Shown here: one piece after another, positions 1 through 10,174 of the stretch
How positions within the stretch are numbered: position 1 is the stretch's first letter
Layout of the letters: each line of letters starts with the position of its first letter
Assembly (NCBI GenBank): GCA_001179505.1
Contig: CDMY01000881.1
Span: forward strand, 1 to 13,334
Source: Vitrella brassicaformis CCMP3155
Lineage: Eukaryota > Protista > Chromerida
Reading direction: 5' to 3'
DNA length: 13,334 bases
Program-made: the position numbers and the translations under genes
The notes under the pieces: generated by a model
Databases searched by the model: none
Seen by the model: only the letters and a program-made list of their open reading frames with translations
What the model was told of the DNA's origin: nothing

Positions 1-480
1 CCCTTGGACGGACTTGGAGACCACCTTGGTGCTCGCGCGGGAAGCGGGGTAGGCGGCTGCGGCACGGTCGAGAGGGTCACGTATGCCGGTGCCGCCATGC
101 CGGGCAGGCAGCAGCATCAGGTCGACCTCGGACGGCGTCACAGGGCCGCCGAGGAGGGCCGGCAGCAGCTCCTTGGCGATGGCCTCGCGGAGGGGGCTGA
201 GAGCGCACTCGTCGGTGAGCACGACACGAAAGACGTAGTCCCACTCCATCTGCAGAGACCTCGTCATTGCCGCGTGGGCCGTGTGTGGGAAGTTGCGGGC
301 AGCAGACGTGAGCGCGCGCACGCCGCGCACCCACCCCTCGACCTTCTCGCAGAGGAACGCCGCCCTTCCCCCCTCATCGCCCACGTAGCCGCCCAGGAAC
401 CTCTTGCCCGTGACGATCTGCACCCCCTCGGGCTCGAAGAGTTCCCTTGCGATCTGCTCGAGCTCGGGTTTGACGACGAG
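1..480 (-). mobile_element. 3' part of a CRE-like non-LTR retrotransposon ORF (end of RT plus thumb region); continues off the left edge
   Basis: Stop-free minus frame not in the ORF track because it has no start codon: LVVKPELEQIARELFEPEGVQIVTGKRFLGGYVGDEGGRAAFLCEKVEGWVRGVRALTSAARNFPHTAHAAMTRSLQMEWDYVFRVV...LMLLPARHGGTGIRDP. RFLGG (RT domain 7) and LP.R.GG.GI.DP are typical of RLE-clade non-LTR RTs. The frame begins abruptly at 480. Confidence 0.85.
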
Positions 481-1113
481 GAAGGAAGGATGCAGAAGGC
501 TCATACATAATTCGAGGACAGCGAGACGCCAATAAATTTCGCTGCATACGTGTGTGTTACAGGTATGCCAGCTGTGGATGGGCTAGTGTAGCAGGCAGAA
601 ACCTGTGCAACACACTATATAGATGACGGGGGATGGAGAGAGGACGAAAGGCGGAGGGAATGTCAAACCATGTCCAACCAGGGACGGTGGGACAAACGAT
701 GGCGTTCACCTGTCGCGCCAGTTTGCCACTCTCGTACCTTGTGCACAATGTGTCTGTTTTCAGCGTACAGAAGGATGCGGCAAGACACAGCTTTCGCTTT
801 TGTGCGCATACACTCCACATACACTTGATCCAACTCGCCGTCACAGTAAACACGCTGCTAGGCAGCCGCCAATGTCAATGGCGCGGCGCTCTCCGTGCTG
901 CATCTGTGAGCGGCAAGAGCGCTTGATACCTGGACGGCTCAAGAGCGCGGAGGGACCGCAGAAAACCAGAAAGCACAGACACACACCAGCCTCAATAGTT
1001 CGCCACTACGCAAATTGGCGGGTTTCCGTCGCACCGAGATATTCCATTTATTCAGACTTTAGAGGGAAAAGGACTAGAGCTGTCGTGTGCATCCCCCGGC
1101 GGAAGGTGGCCCC

Positions 1114-1172
1114 CCTTTCTTCTTGACAGGAACTCGGCGATAGACCAAGTCTTTTCCTGTCAAGAAGAAAGG
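1114..1172. repeat. Perfect 19-bp inverted repeat (hairpin) with a 21-nt spacer
   Basis: 1114-1132 cctttcttcttgacaggaa is the exact reverse complement of 1154-1172 ttcctgtcaagaagaaagg. Confidence 0.95.
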
Positions 1173-1521
1173 CGACGAGGGTGCCAAGCAGATGTAGCCA
1201 CTGATATATGTACAGACGGTTCCTTTACCCGAAGCAGCCCGCGTAGTGTAAGAGAGTAAGGGCGACTGCTATTCTCTCTTGAGAGACTTGTCATTCATGA
1301 TATTGGGCGTGCTAGGTATTCGCAAGGAGACGGGAGAGCGAGTCGTATTACACATTGTGTCATCGGACTCTCTCGTCTTCGTGCAGCCTTTGTTGGTGAA
1401 CAGACGCATGTCGTTGTGTTCTATGTACATACATGTGTTGTATATACATATGCAGACGCAGTGAAGAGGTTGTTGAAGTGATGCGTTGAAAGCTGAATGC
1501 TATCACTTGGTTGTCTCAGCA

Positions 1522-2728
1522 TTACAATGTACTGCTGGAGCATGTAGAGGAAGAGACTGACTCCTCGAGTTTTATCTCATACAGTCTCTGGCGCTTTGCA
1601 ACAAGAGAATGTGTGTATAGTAAAGCGCCACACGTCGAAACAAGAATTCCTGATAGAAAGAAGGGAGTAGGAGCAATATCTGGAAAGAGGGCAATTCCCA
1701 GGATGTCGCAGATGCTATTTTTTAAGTTGCTGCAAAAGTCATGGAACGGAGAAGAACATGCGTGCATAACTTGGACTCTTTCTTTCATTTTATTACCTGC
1801 AAACGCCTACGGTCATTGCGCTTGTATGATTCGTGGCCAAAAAGAGGAAGTAATTCAGCAGCGCCGCCAGCAAGCAATTGATTGCCGTGCACGTCAAGAA
1901 AAATGATGATGTCAGGCCACTGTAGGTCGTCACAGATTTGAACTCGCCGGCCACCAGGACCCACACAAGGAGGTAAAACGACATGCCGCAGGATTGGTAG
2001 AAGAGGAGGCTCCACTCGTTGTCCGCGCCGCCATTTGAAAACTCGCGCTTGCTGATGACGCTGTACCAGGAGCCCGCCATGACACCCATTACGGCCAATG
2101 TGACTCCAACCGCCGAGAAAAAGAGGTCTGCCCTGTCACATGAAAGACCGCTTCTTCGATTGCCACGAAGAGTGCGTTCGTGGCTGACCATGCTGCAACA
2201 AGCGCTCCAACGGTCATGGTTATAGCGGCAAGGACGACTCCACGAGTGGGAATTCGCCTAAAGACCCAATACTCACACGGCATGGTGAACAGACAGCTCA
2301 AACGCAGGAGGGCTGAGTACATCGGCACATTTAAATACCTACGGGCAAAAAATGAGAACATGTGTAGCCTGCGACTGTTTTTACTTGAGGGATGACAGTC
2401 CACAGAAAATGCGCAGAGAACAGACGAAAGACATGCCCATGAGCTGCCACAGCCGGAGAAGCGTCAGTTGAGGCAGGGGTATCAGCCCAATTAGGCCAAA
2501 AAGCCGAAGAAACAAGATAGTGAAAATCTGCTGGGCCAGACAAAGCGCACCCGCCGCTTGAAAGTGGGCGGTTGAGAAAATCGCCTTGTTAAAGATTGTT
2601 AGCGCAACCGAAGCGGCCATGTACGCACCACAAGCAGAAACGGCCAAAGCCCAGTCCCGGAACTCTTCTGGGTGGCTTGGAGGCCTTGGTGGCTCAGCCT
2701 TTCTGCAGCCAGCCCCGGATCCGAACAT
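1522..2728 (-). CDS. Nucleotide-sugar transporter, SLC35D-like (TPT/DMT superfamily), 4 exons, 345 aa, apparently intact
   Basis: Exons 2728-2385, 2338-2189, 2132-1797, 1729-1522, joined by GT-AG introns of 46, 56 and 67 nt with consistent phases (1038 nt including stop). Motifs: SVALTIFNKAIFS, GLSSLKYLNVPMYSALLRLS, VGALVAAWADL, LLFYQS, LLNYFLFLATNHTSAMTVGVCSNLKN, GALLY; about 10 hydrophobic segments. Confidence 0.9.
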
Positions 2729-3335
2729 CAAAGAAAGAGAAGTATGAAATTTGTAAATCTCCGCTGCGAGGAAGGGAAATGTGACACAAAGACATTTCGC
2801 CTCGTCGCTGATGATGTACCACTGCGCTTATGAAGGGAGGAAGCTTACTATGATGTGCTGCATGTTGTGAGGACTGGCTGGACATGGTTGAGAAAAACGG
2901 GCTTTTTGTCAATGTGCACAATGCGTACCCTTCCATGGCCATGATTGTTTCGATTGGTACAGGTTTCCGCCGGCGCGCGCTCGTCAAGATACGAAGTGAC
3001 TGACTGAGCCGTCTGAGACACGGCTTGTTTGCGATGAGTGGGGTTTGTAAGTGAGAGAGAAGCTCTACTTGCATGTGTATAGGGTTTGCATGTTTTTTCC
3101 CCTTTGCTTGCTTGATGCGAACTGGTGCTTAGACGCACTTCGTCGCCCGTTCATGTGTCTTACCTAGTTGAAATCACTTTGAAAAATGGCTTGATGGATG
3201 GGCCGAGAGCCACACGTGTTGGTCCACGGGACGAACAAACATGAACAGTCGATCATAAGAGACTATGCAAACACTCGTCAGTATCGCCAAACATCTCACG
3301 TGCCCGCTCCTCGCAGCCCGTCCGCACCACAGTCG

Positions 3336-5100
3336 CACCACCAGCTTGCTCTTCTTGCCGCTGGGGTGATAGCCCCTCAGTGGCCCTCTCAGCTGCAGCT
3401 CAGCCCACCAATCACGCACCGGCTGGAGGCCTTCCGCCTTGGCTGAGTCGTCGGCAAACCACGCCTGGGGGCCCTCCTCCGCTGGCCGCTTCATCTCCCA
3501 TACGAGGGGCAGGGTGGCCACAGAGTAGAAGAGGGAGGCCAAGGGGCCGCCTTGTGTGTTCCCTTCTCGACTCCACAGCGGCGCGGATTGGTCGCGCATG
3601 TAGAGGGCCGCATGGCCGCGATAGGTGTTGAACAGGAAGCGTGAGCACCGCGGCCACAAAATGCGGACGTTCCACAGGGCGGCAGGGCGATTCATCGTGT
3701 TGAAGGCGTTCGTCGCATCCACCAGGATCGCGCACTCCACGTCACCCGAGTCGAACACGCCGGATACCGTATGAATGGCACCCTCCACGCCCCCCTTGAG
3801 CCCGGCACACAGCTGGTCTGCATCGCACAACCTCCGCATCCCGACCGCCTTCGCCATTGCCTTGCCCATGATGCGCATCAGGACCGCCCCGATCCCGATG
3901 GGCCGGACACCCGGTTGCTTGTCCAGGCGGATAAGCGGACATGCGCGCGGGGGGGGGGGTGACTGCTCGTAGGGCACATGCTCGTTGGCAATGTGTGAGT
4001 TCATGGCCGCTCACTTACTGCGCAGCTCCGCATTTGCCGCGCCGTACTTGAGAAGGAGACATGGCTCGCCACCAACAGGGCCGGCGCCTCCCTTCGTTGC
4101 CCGTGCCGCTCGATGCGGTTGGCGGTGATCTCGACCTGGGTGAGGGGAGGAAGCAGGATGGATCAGGGTCGCCTTCAACTCGAGGACCTCCCGAACGGTG
4201 CTGCCTGCAGTGTCGGCCTCAGCCAGGTCGTTGGGGTCCAGCGCGCCTCCCCCTTCCCGCAAACCGGACGGCCTGCCTGGCCTTGCCCTTGTCGATCAGG
4301 CGACGGAACTGGCGAAACGTGGCCTCATTGGCGTCGTCCTTGCCGACAGGCCTGGTGGCCAGGAGGGCGTTGTTGCGCTCAGCCTCCTGTACGAGCTGCT
4401 CGAAGTCCCCCTTCTCCCATTGGTCCACCCGCCGCTCCACCGTCTTGGCGATGTCCTTGCGAGTGGCATCTGGCGCCCGATAGAGAATCGTGCATGCAGA
4501 TGAGGATGCGCTCGCTCGCAGCTGCTCCCCACGCCACCGACGGCCCTCGGTGGCAAGCAGCCGGGCCAGCCGCTTCCCCGAAGCGTCCGGCGGATCCCAG
4601 AGACACGTGCCGAGGCGGGCGTGCCAGCGCTGCCAGTCGGTGTCCATGAGGCCGCTCTGTGGGAGCCGGTGGCTCCGAAGGCCTCATGCATCTTCTCCTG
4701 GACGAATGAAGACGGCGGAGTGTCAGCAGGGGGAGCGAGGGGTATGCCTCGAGGCGGGCAGTGGGGAGGCTCGGCCATTGCTGAGACAGGCGTAGCAGAT
4801 GCCCTTGCTCGAGGACGCTGGGCGGATGTGGCAGCTGTCGCACTGGGGAAGGACATACGACGCAGATCTGCCTTGAAAGGAAGACTCATCCGCGTGGAAG
4901 GCACGAGGATGAATAGAGGGGATGTTCGATTCCTCGGCGGTGAAGGTATTGTCCTCGGGCTCTCCATTCTCTCGATTCTCGCATATGCCTAGGTCACAGG
5001 GAATATATTTGCCGTAGCCAAGCTTGCTCCCCTTCCTCCTGCACCTTGATCCGATTTTTCCGCAGTGGCAACACTGCACAGGACCAGCGGCTGGGTGCAA
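3336..5100 (-). mobile_element. Decayed 5' and central part of a CRE-like non-LTR retrotransposon ORF (N-terminal region plus RT domains to domain 6); the 5' boundary is uncertain (~5100-5260)
   Basis: RT motifs in ORF 3174-4004: RLDKQPGVRPIGIG, QLCAG, ILVDATNAFNTMNR, FLFNTY, EGNTQGGPL, AWFADD, GYHPSGKKSKLVV. The upstream part is spread over several frames: EKMHEAFGA / MDTDWQRWHARL...KDIAKTVERRVDQWEKGDFEQLVQEAER...FRRLIDKGKARQAVRF / EGGGALDP...GGAGP. A CxxC...CxxC motif (CDSC...CYAC) lies at ~4790-4850. Several frameshifts indicate it is non-functional. Confidence 0.9.
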
Positions 5101-5407
5101 GGGCGATGCATCGTCTCAGCACAGAGGCGCCCTCTTGAGACGGGGTCGACTCTGCACTCACTTTGGAGAGCTGCTCCAGCTGGATATGATGCTGACAGGT
5201 ATGGCCCGAGCAGCTGTCATATAAAGAAGAAAAAACGGGGAAAGAGCTCTGCGAGCTCATGGTCCGCCGGGTGACATTTAAGACCGTTTGACGTGCATTG
5301 TCTGTGTAAGTTTTGTCCACAGACCGTTGGGGAAACAAGATACGATGCTGAAGGTTTAGAAGTAAAGTCACTTGCGGAGGTCCAGGTTTACGTCTGAATC
5401 ATCTGGG

Positions 5408-7620
5408 ATGAGAGCCATCAAGACATTTCCTACCTTTGTGGACCTCTTCCTGTTGCAATGTGTCTGTCTACGTCTGTGTGTCAGCTGCAATGATTATCCT
5501 CCTCCCAGGCTGCGCCCCGGCCTCCCATCCTCCCGCGGTGTCCTCTTGAACCACAGGAAACACAAACACAATGATATCCAAGAAACCAACAGCAATTCTG
5601 CTGACTTGGAGGCCTTGGAACGCCACATGGAGGTGCCATTCTACATATATCAAACGCCGGCAATGAAAGCGCTGTATCGGATGTGTCAAGAGAGCGCACG
5701 ACAGATATTGTCGGGCCGATGGCCTACCAAACTCGATTTGGATGACAGGAAGAATGTTGATGAGGTCTACTGGCTGGACCAGCTGTGGAGCGACCCGTGG
5801 AGGACATTTGACCCTGACAATGCCCTCGTGTACGTCCTCCCAATCTATCCAGGTTTGTCAACGAGTGACGTAGGAGGAAATTCGGCAAAAAACGTTTGCT
5901 ACTCTACGCTTACGTTCATGGCACACTAGTGCTTTTGTATCACTCGCTGTGCCGTGTGAAGAAAAGGGAGACGATACATTCACTGGCTGACAAGGCTGTG
6001 AAAGAGGTGAGGAAGCGTATGAACGCGTATCACACCCGCCATTGATTCAGGTGGCAGGGACGCCACAATGGCAGAGGAACGGCGGACTCGATCATACTCT
6101 CATGGTCAGCTCCTCATCTGATCAATACACATGTGTAAGTCGATGCATAAATCATGTAGATTACTGACTTCAAATTCAAGTATCCTGGTGAAGTGGATAT
6201 GGTATTTGGGAGAGCGTTTGCGACATTTGCGAGGAACATGACGCAGGGGCGGCACCTTGCGGACAACCGTAAAGAACTGAAGGAGAATAACGAGCTAATT
6301 GCACTCTAATGGGTTGGCTTGATTTCACAGATAGAGCGATGTTTGGATGTGCTGTTACGGTTCCGTACACGTAGGGAAGCCATCCATCGTGCTGACATGA
6401 ACAAATGCATAGACATCCACTGGTGCATAAGAGTTGTTTGCATGCAGGTCCTCGCTGACGGCGCTACAAAAAGCCTACCAGCCTTTTGAGAAGGAAAGCC
6501 TGCTGAAGCGCGGGCTCATCAAACCTACCGACGTGTTTGAGGATGACCGACTAGGCTCGGCTCTCAACCCTCCCTCGAGACACGACTGGTTCGAACGCGA
6601 CTACACAATGTTCTTTCAAGGTTAGATACGGCAGCCCCCCGTTGCGGAATGGTTCTGTTCATGTGTGCCGCATGTAGGTAAGTTGGGGCACACCCGTCGA
6701 TACCGTCATTTAGCTTTTGCCCATTTGGCGAGTTGGCACTACAAACCGGAGTCCTGTGTTGCCTGCATGTCACGGAACAACGTCTTTGTGGCGTCCGATC
6801 GCAGCAGATCACTCGCGCACTTTGTCCCCCTCTGTCCTCGAAAACGGAAAACGATAGACCTGCTTTCGGTGCAAGCGGGCAGGTTTGAGCGATGTTGGGG
6901 TACGACGAAGGTGTCGCACTCGCTCTTCGCAGAATCGACTTTCATGCACCGCCTGGCTAACTCCAAGTTGAATCTATGCTTTCGGGGGACCGACGTGATA
7001 ACTTCGAGAGTCATGGATGGTTTCGCAGCACGCACGCTGAACGTCCTGATAAATGAGCTTGACGACGTTTTCAAGTACGGCATCCCCTTCCAGTGCGAAA
7101 TCCCATGGAGGTATGCAGAGAGGGACAGAATGTGACGTCATCACACGGCCCGTATTGTGGGGGGTCTGTGCTGTTCCGCCTTACAGGAATTTCACTTTTG
7201 CGATCGAGGGCTCTGTCTTTGAGCAGGACCCTCGCAAAGCGCTGCAGCCCGTACTGGATGAGCTCTACAAGGACCACCGAACCGTCACAGAGAAGCTGCG
7301 CCTGATGGACTACTATAGCAAGAAGATACTGTGGAATGCGCCAAATAGCGAGACAGCAAGAAGTGTGCTCCGCGCAATGACACGACAATGCCTTACTGCC
7401 GAGGCGAAGCTCGACTATATCAAAAGGACCAGCAAAGATGGTAGGCCACGCTACACACAGAGAACAACTGCCAATTGGAATCTCGTCTATGTGTGTTGGG
7501 GGTGAAGGTACGGCGGCGAATGTGCGAGATCATCCCTTGTTCTCCCAATGTGCATTTGTCGACACTTCGGCAAAGCTAGAGGAACAACGGAAGCCGTGTG
7601 CGACGTGCAAAGCTCTGTGA
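5408..7620 (+). CDS. Exostosin-family (GT47) glycosyltransferase, 9-exon model, ~565 aa; the 5' exon and start codon are uncertain
   Basis: Exons 5408-5852, 5930-6006, 6051-6104, 6160-6268, 6331-6370, 6448-6620, 6678-7110, 7187-7440, 7508-7620; all introns are GT-AG and phase-consistent (1698 nt). GT47 motifs: FYIY, PWRTFDPDNALVYVLP, PQWQRNGGLDH, VTVPY, TMFFQG, SKLNLCFRGTDVITSRVMDGF, GIPFQCEIPW. No clear N-terminal TM anchor is seen, and 5442-5485 looks like an intron 3' end, so an upstream exon may be missing. Confidence 0.85.
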
Positions 7621-7913
7621 CCGCTCAGGGAAGACCAGTGGAAACCTTCAAGTCTAAGACATTGATATTATACTGTTTTAAGGCAGTGACTTCACAGTGA
7701 TGTCTCTATGCGACTATCAATGTGATACTATTTTAGATCCCACCATCCCAATGATAGTGCACAACACAGGGTGCGAGGTGCGCCGCCCCTCTCATCTGCA
7801 TGGACGGGCCGTGGCCAAAGCGGCTGTCACGTGAGGAGAGCTCTGGTCCTGTGCCTCGCGCTGCGTCACAGGCAACGAGCGCATTACCCCTTGACACGCA
7901 ACGGTTTCAAACT

Positions 7914-8071
7914 ACATTTTTTCAACGTCGCCGCTCTCCACCGCACAAATTCATCCTCGGCGGTCTTACCGAACATTTTCATTCGTATGGTCGCCCGACG
8001 CAGTTTTTCATTCTGTTTTCTCGACAAGGCCGCCTGAAGAGCACACAGTGTGCTGGATGTTGAAAAAATGT
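7914..8071. repeat. 16-bp inverted repeat (15/16 match) enclosing the first array; possible MITE-like relic
   Basis: 7914-7929 acattttttcaacgtc versus the reverse complement of 8056-8071, acattttttcaacatc. CT lies immediately outside both ends (7912-7913, 8072-8073), which is too short to prove a TSD. Confidence 0.45.
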
Positions 8072-8213
8072 CTGATCATCCTGTACTTTTCCATCTACCT
8101 GTCTCTCCACCGCATCTTTTCAAATGTCTCGCTGTCTCCCACTGCACGTTTGCAATCGTCGCTGCCTCCACCGCATTTTTTCATTTCAGGCGGTTGCCCA
8201 CCGCACATTTTCA
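7914..8213. repeat. Two arrays of degenerate ~29-30 bp tandem units with core CCACCGCA-n-n-TTTTCA
   Basis: Core ends (..TTCA or variant) fall at 7924, 7953, 7981, 8010 and at 8093, 8122, 8154, 8183, 8213. Best cores: ccaccgcacaaattca 7938-7953, ccaccgcatcttttca 8107-8122, ccaccgcattttttca 8168-8183, ccaccgcacattttca 8198-8213. Segment 7925-7981 aligns with 8155-8213. Confidence 0.7.
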
Positions 8214-8244
8214 AAAAAACAGACATACACACCATTACGTTTCC

Positions 8245-8540
8245 AGCGGGTACTGCTGTAGAGCGGCACAACCTGCTGTGCGAGAAGTGGCGGCGCATCA
8301 TCAAGAGCGTCAAGATCACAGTCGACCGAGAGAGAGGTCAACCTGGCGCGTATCGGCGTCTACTCGGCCACCACCGCTCCAGACGGCAAACGGATCGACC
8401 TCTATTGGGTGCAGGAGGGAAAAGGCATGCTCGGCGACGTCACCATCGCCCACCCCACACGCCCCGACCCCTCCACCAACGGACACCACGCGGCCACCAA
8501 CAGGCAGAACGGAGCAGAAAACGGCAAGGCGCGGCTGTAG
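8245..8540 (+). mobile_element. Remnant of a restriction-like endonuclease (RLE) domain from a non-LTR retrotransposon
   Basis: GTAVERHNLLCEKWRRIIKSVKITVDRE, then a frameshift in the (GA)n run at ~8328-8337, then VNLARIGVYSATTAPDGKRIDLYWVQEGKGMLGDVTIAHP...stop 8538-8540. This matches the RH(N/D)...E...R.D...DV.(I/V).HP pattern of RLE domains. Confidence 0.7.
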
Positions 8541-9189
8541 ATGTAATCGACCCTTAACCACTACCATCGAGTTTAACATTATAGGTACCTCACACCTGAT
8601 CTCAGGCGCACAGCTGATGTCTCCCAGATATTCATAGACGTTAGCCAGATATTTGTGAAGCATATGCTCATGCCACCTTTGAGAAAAAGGAAATGGCCAC
8701 AAATGGATGTGTTCTGATGCCAAGCATCATGAAATAAACAACACATCCTTCTCCAGCCACACAGTCACTAATACTTCACATCATTATTCTCTCATTATTC
8801 TCTATTGAGAAGAGGCAAAGGAATTTATCGCCGTTCACGAATGAGGAGGCGAACATCATGTGCATGAGTCTTGGCTGCACAGATAGACCAGTCGGATGGG
8901 ACACATGAGCCGGCTATACACTCATTCATAAAAAAAGAGGTCTGTCGCCCTCGTACTCATCGCGGCTTCCCAGCCTGAAGTAGACGTGCCCGCTTCCCGC
9001 TACTTCGCACATGCTGGTCTTTTGCTCACGTCTCCTTGGTCTCCCGTGTGGTCGGCCCTTCCGTATTCCCCACACACGCGGTCACTATCGCTGCTCCCGA
9101 GCAGCCTCCAAGGCAGCCTCTGTCTTCCTCTTGCAGACAGGCTGGTGTGGTGCCCGCTCTGATGGGGTCCGTGCAGAGCACTCAGGACT

Positions 9190-9855
9190 GTACACGACGC
9201 TGATTCCGAAAGGACAATCTGTCGGCCTACTACCTGCCAGGCTGACGAGCTGAGAGCCCCCTTATCTCAGGTGTGCAGCAAATGAGGAAGAGGGGACAAA
9301 ATGTATCTATTTGTATCTATCAGATCGGCCCGATAGAGTCGTGCAAGGTGGTCAACCTTTGCGAAGGATTCTGGTTTGTCGGTGAGGGGCACACGTGGCA
9401 GTTTGCACATATGGACTTTTTCACAGATCGATTGAGCGTTGCTGGCTCTTTGTGCAGAAGGCGATTGAGGCGTTGAATGGCCACGAAATCGAAAACAAGA
9501 ACTGAAGGTTAGGATTCTGTACTGCACACACCTGCCTCAGAGGTGTGGTTATTCGCTCGCCAGGTGTGTTTGTGTATGTGTTTGTTGTGTGCGTGTACTC
9601 CGGTCCAGCGACGCGATCAAGAATGCGAACCTGTACGTGCGCGGACTGCCGAACAAGTGCAGCGAGGTTTTTGGGTTCCAGAGATTTAATCATGGATTTA
9701 ATTCCGCCCAGAATCATTCGACACGCCGCGGGAATGTCCATTTGGTCACAACGCTTTGTCACCTCATCCTCCTTTGCTGTTTGCGATCTTTTAAATCTGT
9801 ATTGCTATTTGGGGCCCTGACGTCTTGTCGAATTGGCGGCCGATCACGAGGAGTC
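9190..9855 (+). pseudogene. Unprocessed (intron-retaining) pseudogene of an ELAV/Hu/Sxl-like RRM RNA-binding protein
   Basis: Recognisable pieces in order: NL..YYLP, ADELRAPLSQ | intron 9271-9323 | IGPIESCKVV...GF.FV | intron 9382-9426 | QKAIEALNGHEIENK.LK | intron from 9508 | SSDAIKNANLYVRGLP (9604-9651), FGALTSCRI...GGRSRGV (9808-9855). These match ELAV RRM1, linker and RRM2, with several small deletions and frameshifts. Confidence 0.75.
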
Positions 9856-10174
9856 CAGGTCTCTGTGTTGGCTCGGAGACGTGTGCGAACTGCTGCCTGA
9901 GGTAGGTAGGTGGATGGATGTCGTCTGAAAGGCAGGCGGACCCCACAAATCCGGGCCTACTTGCCTGAGCCCGTCGTTCATACGGATGCCTCAAGGAGAC
10001 CTGTTGTCTTCCTGGGGGATGCCGCTGGTGGCTGTCGTAAGTGCAAGTGATGCGCCCGTGGGGAGAAGAGTCGCCTCGCTGACGGCAATCCCTCGAAAGA
10101 GCTCCAAGGATTGCTCTGGCGGAGAGAGCGCTTTTCAGCCGCTGGCCGGGGGCGTCTTCCCTTTTTTTGCGTAG

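Noticed and set aside
4-510. Plus-strand 168-aa ORF, and the plus-strand ORFs at 4061-4992
   Set aside because: These are antisense shadows of the GC-rich RT coding frames on the minus strand and show no recognisable motifs.
764-805. RTEGCGKTQLSLLCA after an acceptor-like site, resembling a RecA/Rad51 Walker A motif
   Set aside because: It lacks the first Gly of GxxxxGKT, and no Walker B or other supporting exons were found.
557-853. Minus-strand 98-aa ORF followed by an intron-like tract that runs into the RT fragment at 480
   Set aside because: It could be an exon of a disrupted gene, but no family was recognised and no consistent gene model could be built.
1423-1449. AT-rich 10/11 inverted repeat
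   Set aside because: Low-complexity (TA/CA) sequence; expected by chance.
2760-3335. ORFs 2694-3074 and 2848-3138, and a plus-strand peptide ending IVSIGTG (patatin-like)
   Set aside because: Short, bounded by stops and without other motifs; most simply the upstream region of the transporter.
4924-4934. GTTCGATTCC, a tRNA T-loop-like motif
   Set aside because: The flanks do not form a T-stem or cloverleaf, and it lies inside the retrotransposon ORF.
7914-8213. CRISPR interpretation of the periodic array
   Set aside because: The cores are ~16 nt and degenerate, the linkers are ~13 nt and partly homologous to each other, there are no cas genes, and the context is eukaryotic.
8781-8802. tcattattctc x2, plus similar 11-nt duplications near 10307-10332 and 12777-12801
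   Set aside because: Two-copy micro-duplications typical of slippage, with no further structure.
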